Shown one piece after another: positions 29,673-39,342 of a stretch of 64,000 nucleotides of DNA. The stretch's first letter is position 1. The number at the start of each line of letters is the position of its first letter. Location of the stretch: NCBI GenBank assembly GCA_033762915.1, contig JANRLD010000070.1:19745-83744 (forward strand). Direction: 5' to 3'. A program made the position numbers and the translations under genes. The notes under the pieces are model-generated. The model was not told the origin of the DNA. It saw nothing but the letters and a program-made list of their open reading frames with translations, and made no database searches. This DNA comes from Meiothermus sp. (lineage in GTDB: Bacteria; Deinococcota; Deinococci; Deinococcales; Thermaceae).

Positions 29673-30623
29673 ATGATTGCCTTCCTCTTCAAACGCTCCC
29701 TCGACCTCCTGTTCGTACTGTTCGGGGTCTCGGTGCTGGTGTTTCTGATGATCCGGCTGATCCCCGGCGACGCGGTGGAGATCATGCTGGGAGCCAACAC
29801 CGAGATCACCCCCGAGGGGCTGGCAGCCCTGCGCGAGAAGCTGGGGCTGAACAAGCCGATCTTTGTGCAGTACTGGGACTGGCTCACCGCCGCCCTGCGG
29901 GGCGACCTGGGACAGAGCGTCTGGACTGGCCGGCCCATCAGCGAGGAGATCGTCCAGCGTCTGCCGATCACCCTCGAGCTTACCGTGCTCTCGCTGGTCA
30001 TCGCCATCGGGCTGGCCATCCCGGTGGGGGTGCTGACCGCCTACTGGCGCAACTCGAGCGCCGAGTACCTCATCCGGCTGGTTTCCATCACCGGGGTCAC
30101 GCTGCCCTCGTTCTGGCTGGGCACCCTGCTGATCTTCCTGGTGTTTAAGCTGGCCCCCGGCTGGCAGACCCTGGGCTACGTGCCCTTCGCCCAAGACCCC
30201 TGGGGGCACCTCTCGAGGCTGGTCCTCCCGGTCATCACCCTCTCGCTGCCGATGCTGGCCGGGCTGGGTCGGGTGCTGCGCTCCTCGCTGCTGGACGTGC
30301 TGAACCAGGACTTCATCCGCACCGCACGCTCCAAGGGTCTCGCGGAGCGGACGGTGCTCTACAAGCACGCCCTGCGCAACGCCATGATCCCGCTGGTCAC
30401 GGTGATCGGGATTCAGGTGGGCTACCTCTTCGGCGGGGCCATCGTGGTGGAGCAGGTCTTCGCCATACCGGGGATGGGCCGCCTGATCTTGGGGGCCATC
30501 AGCGAGCGCAACTACCCCCTAATTCAGGGCGCGATCCTGCTGGTGACGATGACCTTCGTGCTGATTAACCTGCTGGTGGATCTGGTCTACGCCAAGCTCG
30601 ACCCCAGAGTGGAGTACGCATGA
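29673..30623 (+). CDS. ABC permease (DppB-like)
   Basis: GDLGQS, TARSKGL, HALRNA and YAKLDPR motifs. Confidence 0.95.
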   Translation: MIAFLFKRSLDLLFVLFGVSVLVFLMIRLIPGDAVEIMLGANTEITPEGLAALREKLGLNKPIFVQYWDWLTAALRGDLGQSVWTGRPISEEIVQRLPITLELTVLSLVIAIGLAIPVGVLTAYWRNSSAEYLIRLVSITGVTLPSFWLGTLLIFLVFKLAPGWQTLGYVPFAQDPWGHLSRLVLPVITLSLPMLAGLGRVLRSSLLDVLNQDFIRTARSKGLAERTVLYKHALRNAMIPLVTVIGIQVGYLFGGAIVVEQVFAIPGMGRLILGAISERNYPLIQGAILLVTMTFVLINLLVDLVYAKLDPRVEYA

Positions 30624-31465
30624 GCCTGGCCTGGCGACGTACCCTACTGCCGCTCCTGCGCAACCCCCTGGGCCTGCTGGGCCTATTCCTGACCCTGCTG
30701 GTGCTGCTCGGGGCCCTGCTGGCCCCGCTGCTGGCCCCCTACGACCCGGTGCGGCAGGACATCCTGGCCCGGCTCTCGGGGCCGACCGGGTCGCACTGGC
30801 TGGGCACCGACCAGTTCGGGCGCGACCTGCTCTCGCGCATCCTGTTCGGCTTCCGCAACTCCCTGCTGGTGGCCTTCAGCTCGGTGCTGATCGCGGTGGT
30901 GGTGGGGACGCTGCTGGGGGTCTCGGCGGCCTACGTGGGGGGCCGCTACGACCGGGCGGTGATGCGCCTGATGGACGTGCTGCTGGCCTTCCCGATCATC
31001 CTGCTGGCCATCGGGATTATCGCCATGCTGGGGCCGAGCCAGTGGAACGCGGCCCTGGCAATTGGGGTGGTCTACATCCCCACCTTCGCCCGGCTGACTC
31101 GAGGCCCGGCCCTGGTGGTGCGCAACACCGACTACGTGCAGGCCGCGGTGGCGATCGGGGCGGGCAACCGCCGGGTGATCCTGCGCCACATCCTGCCCAA
31201 CCTGGCCTCGGTGATCCTGGTGCAGACCACCCTGGCCCTTTCCACCGCCATCCTGGTGGAGTCGTCGCTGGCCTTCCTGGGCCTGGGCACCCAGCCCCCC
31301 AACCCCTCGCTGGGCCAGATGCTCTCCGAGGGCCGACCCTACCTGACCTTATCCCCCTGGACCTCGGTCTTCTCCGGGCTGGCCATCCTGGTGGCCTCGC
31401 TGGGCTTCAACCTGCTGGGCGACACCCTGCGCGACACCCTTGACCCACGCTTACGCGGGCATTAA
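30620..31465 (+). CDS. ABC permease (DppC-like)
   Basis: HWLGTDQFGRD, RHILPN and GDTLRDTLDPR motifs. Confidence 0.95.
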   Translation: MSLAWRRTLLPLLRNPLGLLGLFLTLLVLLGALLAPLLAPYDPVRQDILARLSGPTGSHWLGTDQFGRDLLSRILFGFRNSLLVAFSSVLIAVVVGTLLGVSAAYVGGRYDRAVMRLMDVLLAFPIILLAIGIIAMLGPSQWNAALAIGVVYIPTFARLTRGPALVVRNTDYVQAAVAIGAGNRRVILRHILPNLASVILVQTTLALSTAILVESSLAFLGLGTQPPNPSLGQMLSEGRPYLTLSPWTSVFSGLAILVASLGFNLLGDTLRDTLDPRLRGH

Positions 31466-31484
31466 TGCCCGTTATGATGGCGGC

Positions 31485-32897
31485 ATGACCAAGGACGAGT
31501 TTAAGAAGCTCGGCTACGAACTGGTGGACTTCGTGGCGGAGTACCGGGAGCGCCTCGAGACCCTGCCCGTCCAGGCCCCCGCCGAGCCGGGGCAGATCAA
31601 AGCGCTGTTCGCAAAATCACCCCCGCAAAAACCTGAGGGGTTCGGGGGGATTCAAGAGGAGTTGCGGGCCCTCGAGCCGGGCCTGACCGGCTGGCAAAGC
31701 CCCAATTTCTACGCCTGGTTCCCCTCCAACGCGCCGCTGCACTCGGTGCTGGCCGACCTGGTGGTAACCGGTTGGGGCAACACCGGCATCACCTGGCTGG
31801 CCTCGCCCGCCCTGACCGAGGTCGAGGAGGTGATGACCGACTGGATGCGCCAGATGCTGGGCCTGAGTGAAGCCTTCCAGGGGGTGATCCACGACACCGC
31901 CTCTACCGCGACTTTCGTGGCGATGCTCTGCGCGCGCGAGCGCTCCACCGACCTCAGCTTCGAGCGCGGAGGCCTGCAGGCCGAGCCCAAGCCGCTGGTG
32001 GTCTACGCCTCGGCCCAGTCGCACAGCTCGGTCCCGAAGGGCGTTTTGCTGGCCGGCTTCGGACGCGAGAACCTGAGGTTCGTGGAGCTCGACGAGAGCT
32101 TCGACATGAGGGCGGACGCCCTCGAGGCCGCCATCGCGGCCGACATCGCGGCGGGAAAGCAGCCCAGCGCGGTGATCGTGGCGATCGGGACGACCGGAAC
32201 CACGGCCTTCGACCCCCTGGAGGCCATTGGGCCCATCGCCCGGAAGTACGGCCTGTGGGTCCACGTCGACGCCGCCATGGCCGGCAGCGCCATGATCCTG
32301 CCGGAGATGCGACACCTCTGGGCCGGCGTGGAGGGGGCTGACTCGATCTGCCTGAACCCGCACAAGTGGCTGGGCGTGGGCTTCGACTGCACCCTCTACT
32401 ACGTCCGCGACCCCGAGCTGCTGATCCGGGTGATGTCCACCAACCCCTCCTACCTCCAGTCCGCCGCCGACGGGCGAATCAAGAACTACAAGGACTGGGG
32501 CATCCAGCTGGGGCGACGATTCCGGGCCCTTAAGCTGTGGTTCGCCCTCAAGGCCGAGGGCGTGGAGGGCCTGCAGGCCAGGCTGCGGCGCGACCTGGAG
32601 AATGCGAGGTGGCTCGAGGCGGAAATCCGCCAGACCCCCGGCTGGCGGCTGCTCTCCCCTGTCCGCCTGCAAACCCTCTGCTTCCGCCACGAGCCCGAAG
32701 GGATGTCGCCCGAACAGATCAGCGGGCACAACAAAGCCTGGGTGGAGCGCCTCAACAGCTCGGGCAAGGCCATGCTGACCTCGGCCATGCTGGGCGGCGG
32801 GTGGATGGCTCGGGTCTCGGTCGGTACGCTGCACCAGGAGCGCGAGCACGTGGCCGAGCTGTGGCGGCTGATGCAGGAGGAGGCGGGAAGGGCGTAG
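31485..32897 (+). CDS. PLP-dependent group II (aromatic amino acid-type) decarboxylase
   Basis: HSSV, GTTGT..FDP, HVDAAMAG, NPHKWL and LGRRFRALKLW motifs. Confidence 0.92.
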   Translation: MTKDEFKKLGYELVDFVAEYRERLETLPVQAPAEPGQIKALFAKSPPQKPEGFGGIQEELRALEPGLTGWQSPNFYAWFPSNAPLHSVLADLVVTGWGNTGITWLASPALTEVEEVMTDWMRQMLGLSEAFQGVIHDTASTATFVAMLCARERSTDLSFERGGLQAEPKPLVVYASAQSHSSVPKGVLLAGFGRENLRFVELDESFDMRADALEAAIAADIAAGKQPSAVIVAIGTTGTTAFDPLEAIGPIARKYGLWVHVDAAMAGSAMILPEMRHLWAGVEGADSICLNPHKWLGVGFDCTLYYVRDPELLIRVMSTNPSYLQSAADGRIKNYKDWGIQLGRRFRALKLWFALKAEGVEGLQARLRRDLENARWLEAEIRQTPGWRLLSPVRLQTLCFRHEPEGMSPEQISGHNKAWVERLNSSGKAMLTSAMLGGGWMARVSVGTLHQEREHVAELWRLMQEEAGRA

Positions 32898-32975
32898 AGG
32901 GTCGAGGGCAGGGGGCCGAGCACAGGGGGCAGAGGACCAAAAGCCAAAAGCCAAAAGCCAAAAGCCAAAAGCCAA
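32898..32975 (+). repeat. Heptamer tandem repeat tract
   Basis: AGGGTCG AGGGCAG GGGGCCG AGCACAG GGGGCAG grading into (CCAAAAG)5 at 32937-32971. Confidence 0.9.
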
Positions 32976-33008
32976 GAAACACCCCTCCCCTATCCTCCCC
33001 CTCCACCC

Positions 33009-33689
33009 ATGAGCGACCCACCGCCCGCCGCCCACTTCCGTCCTCTCCTCACCGACGACGGCTCGAGCACCCTGATCCACCCGGTGTTCAACGAGGCGTA
33101 CAGCAGCAAACACGGGGCCTGGATGCAGGCCAGAGAGCTGTACCTCAAGCTCACCCAGACCCACCTGCACCCCGCGCCCAGAGTCCTCGAGGTTGGGTTC
33201 GGGCTGGGGGTGAACTTCCGGGCCACCCTCGAGGACTGCCTCAGCCGGGGGGCGCGGATCGAGTACCTGAGCTACGAGCTGTTCCCGGCCCCGCTGGAGG
33301 CGCTGTCGTCGGTGCAGGTACCGACATCCGCCGCCCAGGAAGTCTGGGAGCAGGTTCTGCGGCTCTGGCCGCCCGCCTCGAGCTTTGTCCTGGACGGCGG
33401 GTGGGGGCGGCTCGAGCTGCGCCTAGAGGACGCGACTCGAGCCGAGTTCCGCCCTGGCTGGGCCACGGCCGTCTACTTCGACCCCTTCAGCCCGGACGTA
33501 AACCCCGAGCCGTGGGGGCTCGAGACGCTCAAAGCAGCTTACGCCGCCTGCCAGGACGGGGCCACGCTAGCCACCTACTCCGTCCAGGGCCAGTTCCGTC
33601 GCGCCCTGGTCGAGGCCGGTTTCAAGGTACAAAAAGTCCCGGGCGTGGGCAAAAAGCAGTGGACCATGGCCAGAAAATCAGGACGCTGA
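33009..33689 (+). CDS. mnmD: tRNA mnm5s2U34 methyltransferase, stand-alone MnmD-like
   Basis: TDDGSSTL, EAYSSKHGA, LEVGFGLGVN, YFDPFSPDVNPE and ATYS motifs. Confidence 0.85.
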   Translation: MSDPPPAAHFRPLLTDDGSSTLIHPVFNEAYSSKHGAWMQARELYLKLTQTHLHPAPRVLEVGFGLGVNFRATLEDCLSRGARIEYLSYELFPAPLEALSSVQVPTSAAQEVWEQVLRLWPPASSFVLDGGWGRLELRLEDATRAEFRPGWATAVYFDPFSPDVNPEPWGLETLKAAYAACQDGATLATYSVQGQFRRALVEAGFKVQKVPGVGKKQWTMARKSGR

Positions 33690-34919
33690 ATCCGGCTGGC
33701 CTTCGGCCTTCGACCCGGCGACCGCGCTCTGATCTTCGGCTTTTCGGCTTTCCGCTTCGCGATTCTTGCCGCCCGCCTTCTTGCCCCACTTCTTCAGAAA
33801 ATCCTCCCGGGTCACGTACCCCAGCTGCGCCAGCGGCAGGGAGCGCTTGGGCAGCTCGCCCTTGTACAGCCACAGGAACCACGAGCTGGCCAGACCGCCG
33901 ATCAGGCGCTGGTGCCAGGTGACGGGGGCCAGGTTAAAGCCGAAGACCTTGAGGGCGGTGGCGGCCTGGGAGATGCCCCATAGCCCCTTAACCTCGGGCA
34001 TGGCCTCGAGCCGCTCGGCCAGCAGGCGAAAGCCCTTCTGGGTTTCGCGCAGGGTCTGCATAGGGGCCATGGCGGGGGTGCGTACCGAGTCGAGGTGCAG
34101 CTCGAGGCTCACGTCCCCGACCGCCAGACCCTCCTGAGGCGGGCCGGGGAAGGGCACTTTGGAGTAAGAGAGGAAGTCGAAAACCCCGTAGCCCAGGCGT
34201 TGCACGTGGTGCTTGAGGAAATAGCCCTCGTGGCCGCCCTGGTTGGCCCGCATCAGCCCCTCGCGCCAGCCGACGGGCCTCAGCTCCATCTCGTCGAGCC
34301 GTACCGGCTGGTAGCCAGCCGCCTTGAGCCGGGGCAGGATGAGCCTCAGGATTTCCAAGGTCTGAGGGAAAGCCGAGTTGTCGTGCAGCAGAATCACCGA
34401 GCCGGGGCGGGTCCAGAAGACGATGCGCTCGGCCAGGGCCTGGGGGTCTTGGGTGGTCCAGTCCCTGGACTCCACGTCCCACAGCGCCACCTGCTTGCCC
34501 GCCGCTCGAGCCAGCAGCCGGGTGAAGGGCGAGTGGATGCCGTGGGGCGGGCGGTACAGTTTGCCCGGAACCCGCCCGATCGAGTCGGCCTCCTGCCAGG
34601 GCCACAGGAAGAAGGCGGGCCGGTGAACCTGCCCGTGCGACTCGAGCTGGTGCCCCTCGGCGCGGATGGCCTCGAGCAGCTCGGGGTGCTGGTCGGCTTG
34701 CGATCCCAGGACGAAGAAGGTGGCCTTGAGGTCGTGCTGGCGCAGCAGCTCGAGAATTGAGCGGGTGTGCTGGCCTGGCCCGTCGTCGAAGGTCAGGGCG
34801 ATCTTGGGGCTGCTGCGGCTGCCCCAGGCCAGCGACCCCACCCCCATCCAGCGGTGGGCCACCTCGGCGTAGAGGTAGAAAGCGGCGGCGATGAGAATCA
34901 GGGCGAGAAGGAGTTCCAT
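33678..34919 (-). CDS. Polysaccharide deacetylase (NodB) with YkoP-like C-terminal domain
   Basis: ALTFDDGP, ATFFV, YRPPHG and ILLHD motifs; C-terminal region with GD..LELHL resembles YkoP. Confidence 0.85.
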   Translation of the reverse strand: MELLLALILIAAAFYLYAEVAHRWMGVGSLAWGSRSSPKIALTFDDGPGQHTRSILELLRQHDLKATFFVLGSQADQHPELLEAIRAEGHQLESHGQVHRPAFFLWPWQEADSIGRVPGKLYRPPHGIHSPFTRLLARAAGKQVALWDVESRDWTTQDPQALAERIVFWTRPGSVILLHDNSAFPQTLEILRLILPRLKAAGYQPVRLDEMELRPVGWREGLMRANQGGHEGYFLKHHVQRLGYGVFDFLSYSKVPFPGPPQEGLAVGDVSLELHLDSVRTPAMAPMQTLRETQKGFRLLAERLEAMPEVKGLWGISQAATALKVFGFNLAPVTWHQRLIGGLASSWFLWLYKGELPKRSLPLAQLGYVTREDFLKKWGKKAGGKNREAESRKAEDQSAVAGSKAEGQPDSAS

Positions 34920-35012
34920 AGGCGAATTGGGCTCGAGTCTCGGCCCGCTCCATCATAAGCCGTCGGCGCAGCGCAGCCTCCCGATTCCCGGTCGTGCGCG
35001 GTTTGGGCTGGC

Positions 35013-36401
35013 CTAAGCCGCCGCCGGCACCGGCAGCCGCACCTGGAAGCGGGTATCGCCCGGCTTGCTCTGGAGCCTGACCGTCCCGCCGTGTTGCTGC
35101 ACGATGCGGCGCACCATCTCGAGGCCCAGCCCGGTGCCCTTACCCACCTCCTTGGTGGTGAAAAAGGCGTCGAAGATACGGCCCTGGATCTCGGGGGGAA
35201 TGCCGGGGCCGCTGTCGCCGATCTCGACCAGAATTTGGCCACCCTCGCGGGCCGTGCGAATGCGCAATGTGCCGCCCTCCCCCATCGCGTCGAGGGCGTT
35301 GTCGATCAGGTTCGTCCAGACCTGGTTGATCTCCGAGGCGTAGAGGTCGACCTTGGGCAGGTTCTTGGCGTAGTCGCGCTCGAGCCGGATCCCCTTCTTC
35401 AGCTTGTAGCCGAAAATGGCGATGGTGGACTCGAGGCCGTCGTGGATGTCCAGCTCCTGCTTGGGCATCTGATCCATGTGGGTGTAGCCCTTGATGGCCT
35501 TGACCAAACCCGCGATGCGCTCGGTGGAGTCCTGGATCACGCCCAGTTGCGACCGCGTGCGGATGCTGGCCTCGAGCCAGGCCCAGACCATCGGCAGGGT
35601 GGCGGGGTCGGCGATCTCGTGCTTGAGGTGGCTTAGGGCCTCGAGCCAGTCCACCGTTACGCCTGCATCGGCCCAGGTGGCGGCCTTATCCCAGGCCGCG
35701 GCGGCGCCGTGCCCCTCGAGCCAACCGCCCAGCTCGTCCTCGAGGTCGGCCCGCTCCATCGCGCTCAACAGGCGGGGCCGTAGGGTCTGCAGGTGCCCCA
35801 GGAGGAGCTCCATCCCGTCGGCGCCCAGCCGCTGGCCCACGCGGGCGGTGGTGAGCTCGAGGTCGTTGAAGGCCTCGAGCAGGCCCGCCGAGGCCCGCTT
35901 GGCCGCCGAGGCGGGGTTGTTCAGCTCGTGGGCCAGACCCGCCGAGAGCTTGCCCAGCGAGGCCAGCTTCTCCTGGCGCAGCTCCTGCTGGCTCCAGTTG
36001 CGTACCCGGTCGGTGAGCATCCCCACCAGGCGCTGACCCAGCGCCGGTATGGCGTTGAGCATCGGCATAAAGTCGGGCTTGTAGATCGAGAGGGTCTGCA
36101 TGGGGGTGAGGGCACGCCCCATGCCCACGAAGTGGGTCATCCGCGAGAAGGGCAGCAGGCCAGTCACACTCCCCGGCTCTATGATTAGAGACTCGGTGCT
36201 GGTGGGGAAGCGGAACTCGAGCCGGCCCGCCAACATGATCACCATCTTGTCGGCGGGGGCACCCTGTTCCACGGGCACCGCGCCCACCGGGAACTCCTCA
36301 TACCGCCCGTTCTCGATCAACCAGTCCAGCTCTTGATCGCTCAGGTCGGCCAGGATGGGTACTGCGCGGAGTTGCTCGAGGGGGGGTCGGGGCTTGGTCA
36401 T
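35013..36401 (-). CDS. cNMP-binding-domain histidine kinase
   Basis: LAHELNNP H-box, NQVWTNLIDNA, DSGPGIP and FFTTKEVGKGTGLGL motifs; N-terminal Crp-like domain. Confidence 0.93.
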   Translation of the reverse strand: MTKPRPPLEQLRAVPILADLSDQELDWLIENGRYEEFPVGAVPVEQGAPADKMVIMLAGRLEFRFPTSTESLIIEPGSVTGLLPFSRMTHFVGMGRALTPMQTLSIYKPDFMPMLNAIPALGQRLVGMLTDRVRNWSQQELRQEKLASLGKLSAGLAHELNNPASAAKRASAGLLEAFNDLELTTARVGQRLGADGMELLLGHLQTLRPRLLSAMERADLEDELGGWLEGHGAAAAWDKAATWADAGVTVDWLEALSHLKHEIADPATLPMVWAWLEASIRTRSQLGVIQDSTERIAGLVKAIKGYTHMDQMPKQELDIHDGLESTIAIFGYKLKKGIRLERDYAKNLPKVDLYASEINQVWTNLIDNALDAMGEGGTLRIRTAREGGQILVEIGDSGPGIPPEIQGRIFDAFFTTKEVGKGTGLGLEMVRRIVQQHGGTVRLQSKPGDTRFQVRLPVPAAA

Positions 36402-36485
36402 AGGACTCCCGGAGAGGGGAAAGTGGCTGAGGGCTATTCTTGCGCGGAGCGGGGACGGAATTGTGAGCCAGGGCGTCGGGCTGCC

Positions 36486-36983
36486 CTACCCTTTGCCCGC
36501 CACTCCGCTCCTGGGCTCCCTGTCGGGCCAGTACACCGCCTCGAGTTCCCTCAGGCCCTCCAGGCGCATGCCGTCCTCGCGGACGAACTCGAGGCGTACC
36601 AGCTGCCCGGTCTCCCGGTGGCGCAGCTCGAGCGGGCGGCCCTTGGGGTTGGGGAGGTGTCGCTCGGCCCACTGGCTCATGGCGATCAGGGTGGGAAACA
36701 GCGCCGCGCCCTTGCGGGTGAGCTTGTACTCCATGCGGGTGCGCTGGCCCACCTCCCGGTAGGGCACCCGCTCCATCAGGCCATGCTCGACCAGCCTGGA
36801 CAGGCGGTCGGTCAAAATGTTGCGGGCCACCCCCAGGTGAAAGCGCATCTCCTCGAAGCGCTGCACCCCGTAGAAGGCCTCGCGCAGCACCAGCATTGTC
36901 CAGTACTCGCCAATGATTTCCAGCGTCCGGACCATCGGGCACTCTTCGACAGCGACGGGGGTGGGCTGAATGGCTCGAGGCAC
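36486..36983 (-). CDS. HxlR-family transcriptional regulator
   Basis: CPMVRTLEIIGEYWT, LTDRL and YKLTRKG motifs; GTG start with TATACT 5 nt upstream. Confidence 0.9.
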   Translation of the reverse strand: MPRAIQPTPVAVEECPMVRTLEIIGEYWTMLVLREAFYGVQRFEEMRFHLGVARNILTDRLSRLVEHGLMERVPYREVGQRTRMEYKLTRKGAALFPTLIAMSQWAERHLPNPKGRPLELRHRETGQLVRLEFVREDGMRLEGLRELEAVYWPDREPRSGVAGKG

Positions 36984-37066
36984 GCCCCAGTATACCCAGG
37001 GTTGCAAATCGAAACTGAGGCCGGTATCCTGGGTTCTGAAAAACAACCCAGACTCGAGGTGTCCTC

Positions 37067-37603
37067 ATGAACGAGCCCCACCGCAAAGACGAGCTGATCG
37101 CGGCCCTGCGACAGACGGGCGACGCCATCACCACCTACTTCTCCGCCCTCCCCCGCGAGCGCTTTTTCGCGGGCACGGAGAAAGCGTGGTCGGCGGCCCA
37201 CCACCTCCAGCACCTCACCCAGTCCAACAGACCCGTGGCGATGGGGCTAGGCCTGCCCAAGCTGCTGCTCAAGATCGCGGTGCTGGGCAAGGCCCCCCAG
37301 GCCAGCCGCAGCTACGGCGAAGTCCGCGGGCTGTACCGCGCCGCCCTGGCGGCCGGCCGGGCGCAGGCCACAGGCCGCTACGCGCCCAGGCTCGAGACCG
37401 ACCAGCAGGCCCAGGTTGTCCAGGACTTCGCCGCCGCCGCCGAGAGCGTGGCCGCTGCGGCCGAGCGGTGGAGCGAGGACGACCTCGACGCCCACGCCAT
37501 GCCCCACCCGGTCCTGGGCCAGCTGAGCGCGCGCGAGATGCTGTTCTTCACCCTCTACCACAACTCGCACCACCTGGAAGGGGTGCGGGCGAGGAGCGGT
37601 TAA
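37067..37603 (+). CDS. DinB-family protein
   Basis: WSAAHHLQHL and HPVLGQLSAREMLFFTLYHNSHH motifs. Confidence 0.88.
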   Translation: MNEPHRKDELIAALRQTGDAITTYFSALPRERFFAGTEKAWSAAHHLQHLTQSNRPVAMGLGLPKLLLKIAVLGKAPQASRSYGEVRGLYRAALAAGRAQATGRYAPRLETDQQAQVVQDFAAAAESVAAAAERWSEDDLDAHAMPHPVLGQLSAREMLFFTLYHNSHHLEGVRARSG

Positions 37604-37647
37604 AGGGCAACGGCGGCAGCTATCCTCTGGCTTTCTGCCGCCCTTAC

Positions 37648-38268
37648 CTACACCCCAAGCTCTTCTGCCAGCCGCCGTACCGCCTCGAGGTCGGTCTTGG
37701 GGCCGTGGCCCACGTAGATGTCCTGCACCTCGAGCCGCGAGATTTTGCCCACGCTGCGGCGGACGCCCTCGGGGTCGGCGTTCACCCGGTCGGGGGGCAG
37801 TTCGGGGCCTTTGCCCCCCACCCGCAGGGCGTCGGCGGCAATCAGCAGCCCATCGCGCATGATCCCGATCTGCCCCGGCGTGTGACCCGGCAGGTGGACC
37901 ACCGTCCAGCCCATCACCCGGTCGCCGTGCTCCACGGTGGTGATGACGTGCTGGGGCAGGGGGTCGACCCGGTTGGCCATCCAGTCGCCAATCAGGGGCA
38001 TGGGCATGGGCGGCCGGCGCTCCTTGCCCAGCAGGAAACCCAGGTCGCCCCGGTGGGCGTAGATCAGCAGCCGGTAGCGCTCGTACAGCATCAGCGCCCC
38101 GCCCGCGTGGTCGAGGTGGTGGTGGGTGAGCAGCAGCGCGACGGGCTGCGCATCGTCCAGCAGCCTCTGGAGTTTGCCCTTCTCCCACGGTGCGCCGCTG
38201 TCCACCAGCAGCGGGCCGCTGGGGGTGTCCAGCAAATAAGCGTTGGCGGCTAGGTGGAATATCTGCAT
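37648..38268 (-). CDS. Metallo-beta-lactamase-fold hydrolase
   Basis: THHHLDHAGG, PGHTPG, ADA and GHG motifs. Confidence 0.92.
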   Translation of the reverse strand: MQIFHLAANAYLLDTPSGPLLVDSGAPWEKGKLQRLLDDAQPVALLLTHHHLDHAGGALMLYERYRLLIYAHRGDLGFLLGKERRPPMPMPLIGDWMANRVDPLPQHVITTVEHGDRVMGWTVVHLPGHTPGQIGIMRDGLLIAADALRVGGKGPELPPDRVNADPEGVRRSVGKISRLEVQDIYVGHGPKTDLEAVRRLAEELGV

Positions 38269-38273
38269 TTAGC

Positions 38274-38738
38274 CTAGCTTATCCGCGCTTCGACCTTAAA
38301 ACTGTCCAAAATAGCCTCGAGCCTCCGCCGATTCTGGGCGAAGCGGCTGGGCATGGCCGAGACTGTAACCACATAGACCCTATCGCCGTGCAACTCAAAG
38401 CGCTTGAGCAGGTGCATCTTGTGCACAATGTCCTGGGTCAGCTCGAGGGTGACGCGGCCCTCCTCGTCGTGGCGCTGAACGAGCTTCCACATCTTGCGGT
38501 AAGTCTTGAGCGAGCGCTCCACATACTCAGCCAGGCCGGGCGCTTCCATCCGGCTGGCCACCACCTGCAGCCTGGCCTCGGGCCGGTCACCGTTGGCGCT
38601 GCGCTCCGGGCTCTCGGCCATCACGCGGGAGATTTTGTCCTCCACCAACAGCCAGCCCTCGGGCAGGCTGACGTGGAAACCGAACAGCGGGTCGTGAATC
38701 TGGCCGGTGGCGGGGTCAAGAAGGGGGACTCGGCTCAT
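38274..38738 (-). CDS. Hypothetical protein (possible PsbP/DcrB-like fold)
   Basis: FHVSLPEGW, RVYVVT and AILDSFKV patterns. Confidence 0.65.
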   Translation of the reverse strand: MSRVPLLDPATGQIHDPLFGFHVSLPEGWLLVEDKISRVMAESPERSANGDRPEARLQVVASRMEAPGLAEYVERSLKTYRKMWKLVQRHDEEGRVTLELTQDIVHKMHLLKRFELHGDRVYVVTVSAMPSRFAQNRRRLEAILDSFKVEARIS

Positions 38739-38862
38739 AAAAACTCGGACAGAGTTTACCGCAACGGGGATTTTTGAGGGAGGAGGGCCCCTCATCCAGA
38801 GGTGGTGCGCAAGCCACTCACCGACCGCACCGAACCCGCCCGGCGGCCACGGCCCCTCGACT

Positions 38863-39273
38863 TCACCTGTCCAAAGGCCGCCCGCCCAGATACTTCGAGA
38901 AGCGCAGCAGGTAGCCGTCGGGGTCTTGCACCAGGAACTCGGCCTCGCCGATCTCCTCCCCCTTTACCCTGCGCCAGGTCTCGTAGGGCGGGCGGTAAAG
39001 GGGGTAGTCGATGGCCCTTAGGGCCGCCAGCATCGGCGATAGGTCCTCGACCTCGAGCTGAAAGTTGACGCCGCGCCCGAAGGGCTGCACCAACTCGCCG
39101 GTGTTCCAGCCGGTCTCGTGGAACTGCTCGAGCATTAGTTGCGCCCCCTGTAGGCTCAGGAACGCGAACCCCTCGCGCCCATACTCGAGGCGGAAGCCCA
39201 GGCGGAGGTAGAACTCGAGGCTGCGCCCGAGGTCGCTGACAGTGAGTTCGGGGATTAGGGCGTTAAAGTTCAA
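38863..39273 (-). CDS. VOC/bleomycin-resistance family protein
   Basis: LIPELTVSDL..SLEFY, PFGRGVNFQ and EFLVQDPDGYLLRF motifs; TTG start after AGGAGG. Confidence 0.9.
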   Translation of the reverse strand: MNFNALIPELTVSDLGRSLEFYLRLGFRLEYGREGFAFLSLQGAQLMLEQFHETGWNTGELVQPFGRGVNFQLEVEDLSPMLAALRAIDYPLYRPPYETWRRVKGEEIGEAEFLVQDPDGYLLRFSKYLGGRPLDR

Positions 39274-39342
39274 GGCAGCCCTCCTTGCGGGCAAGGCGGC
39301 GCCGAGGGCAGTCCCTCGGCGCCTGGGGGTTGGGGGTGGGGC

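Noticed and set aside
28127..30019. Long antisense or alternative-frame ORFs (e.g. 28127-30019, 45364-47223, 47551-49248, 58310-60097)
   Set aside because: Shadows of real genes in high-GC DNA; Arg/Pro/Gly-rich and without motifs.
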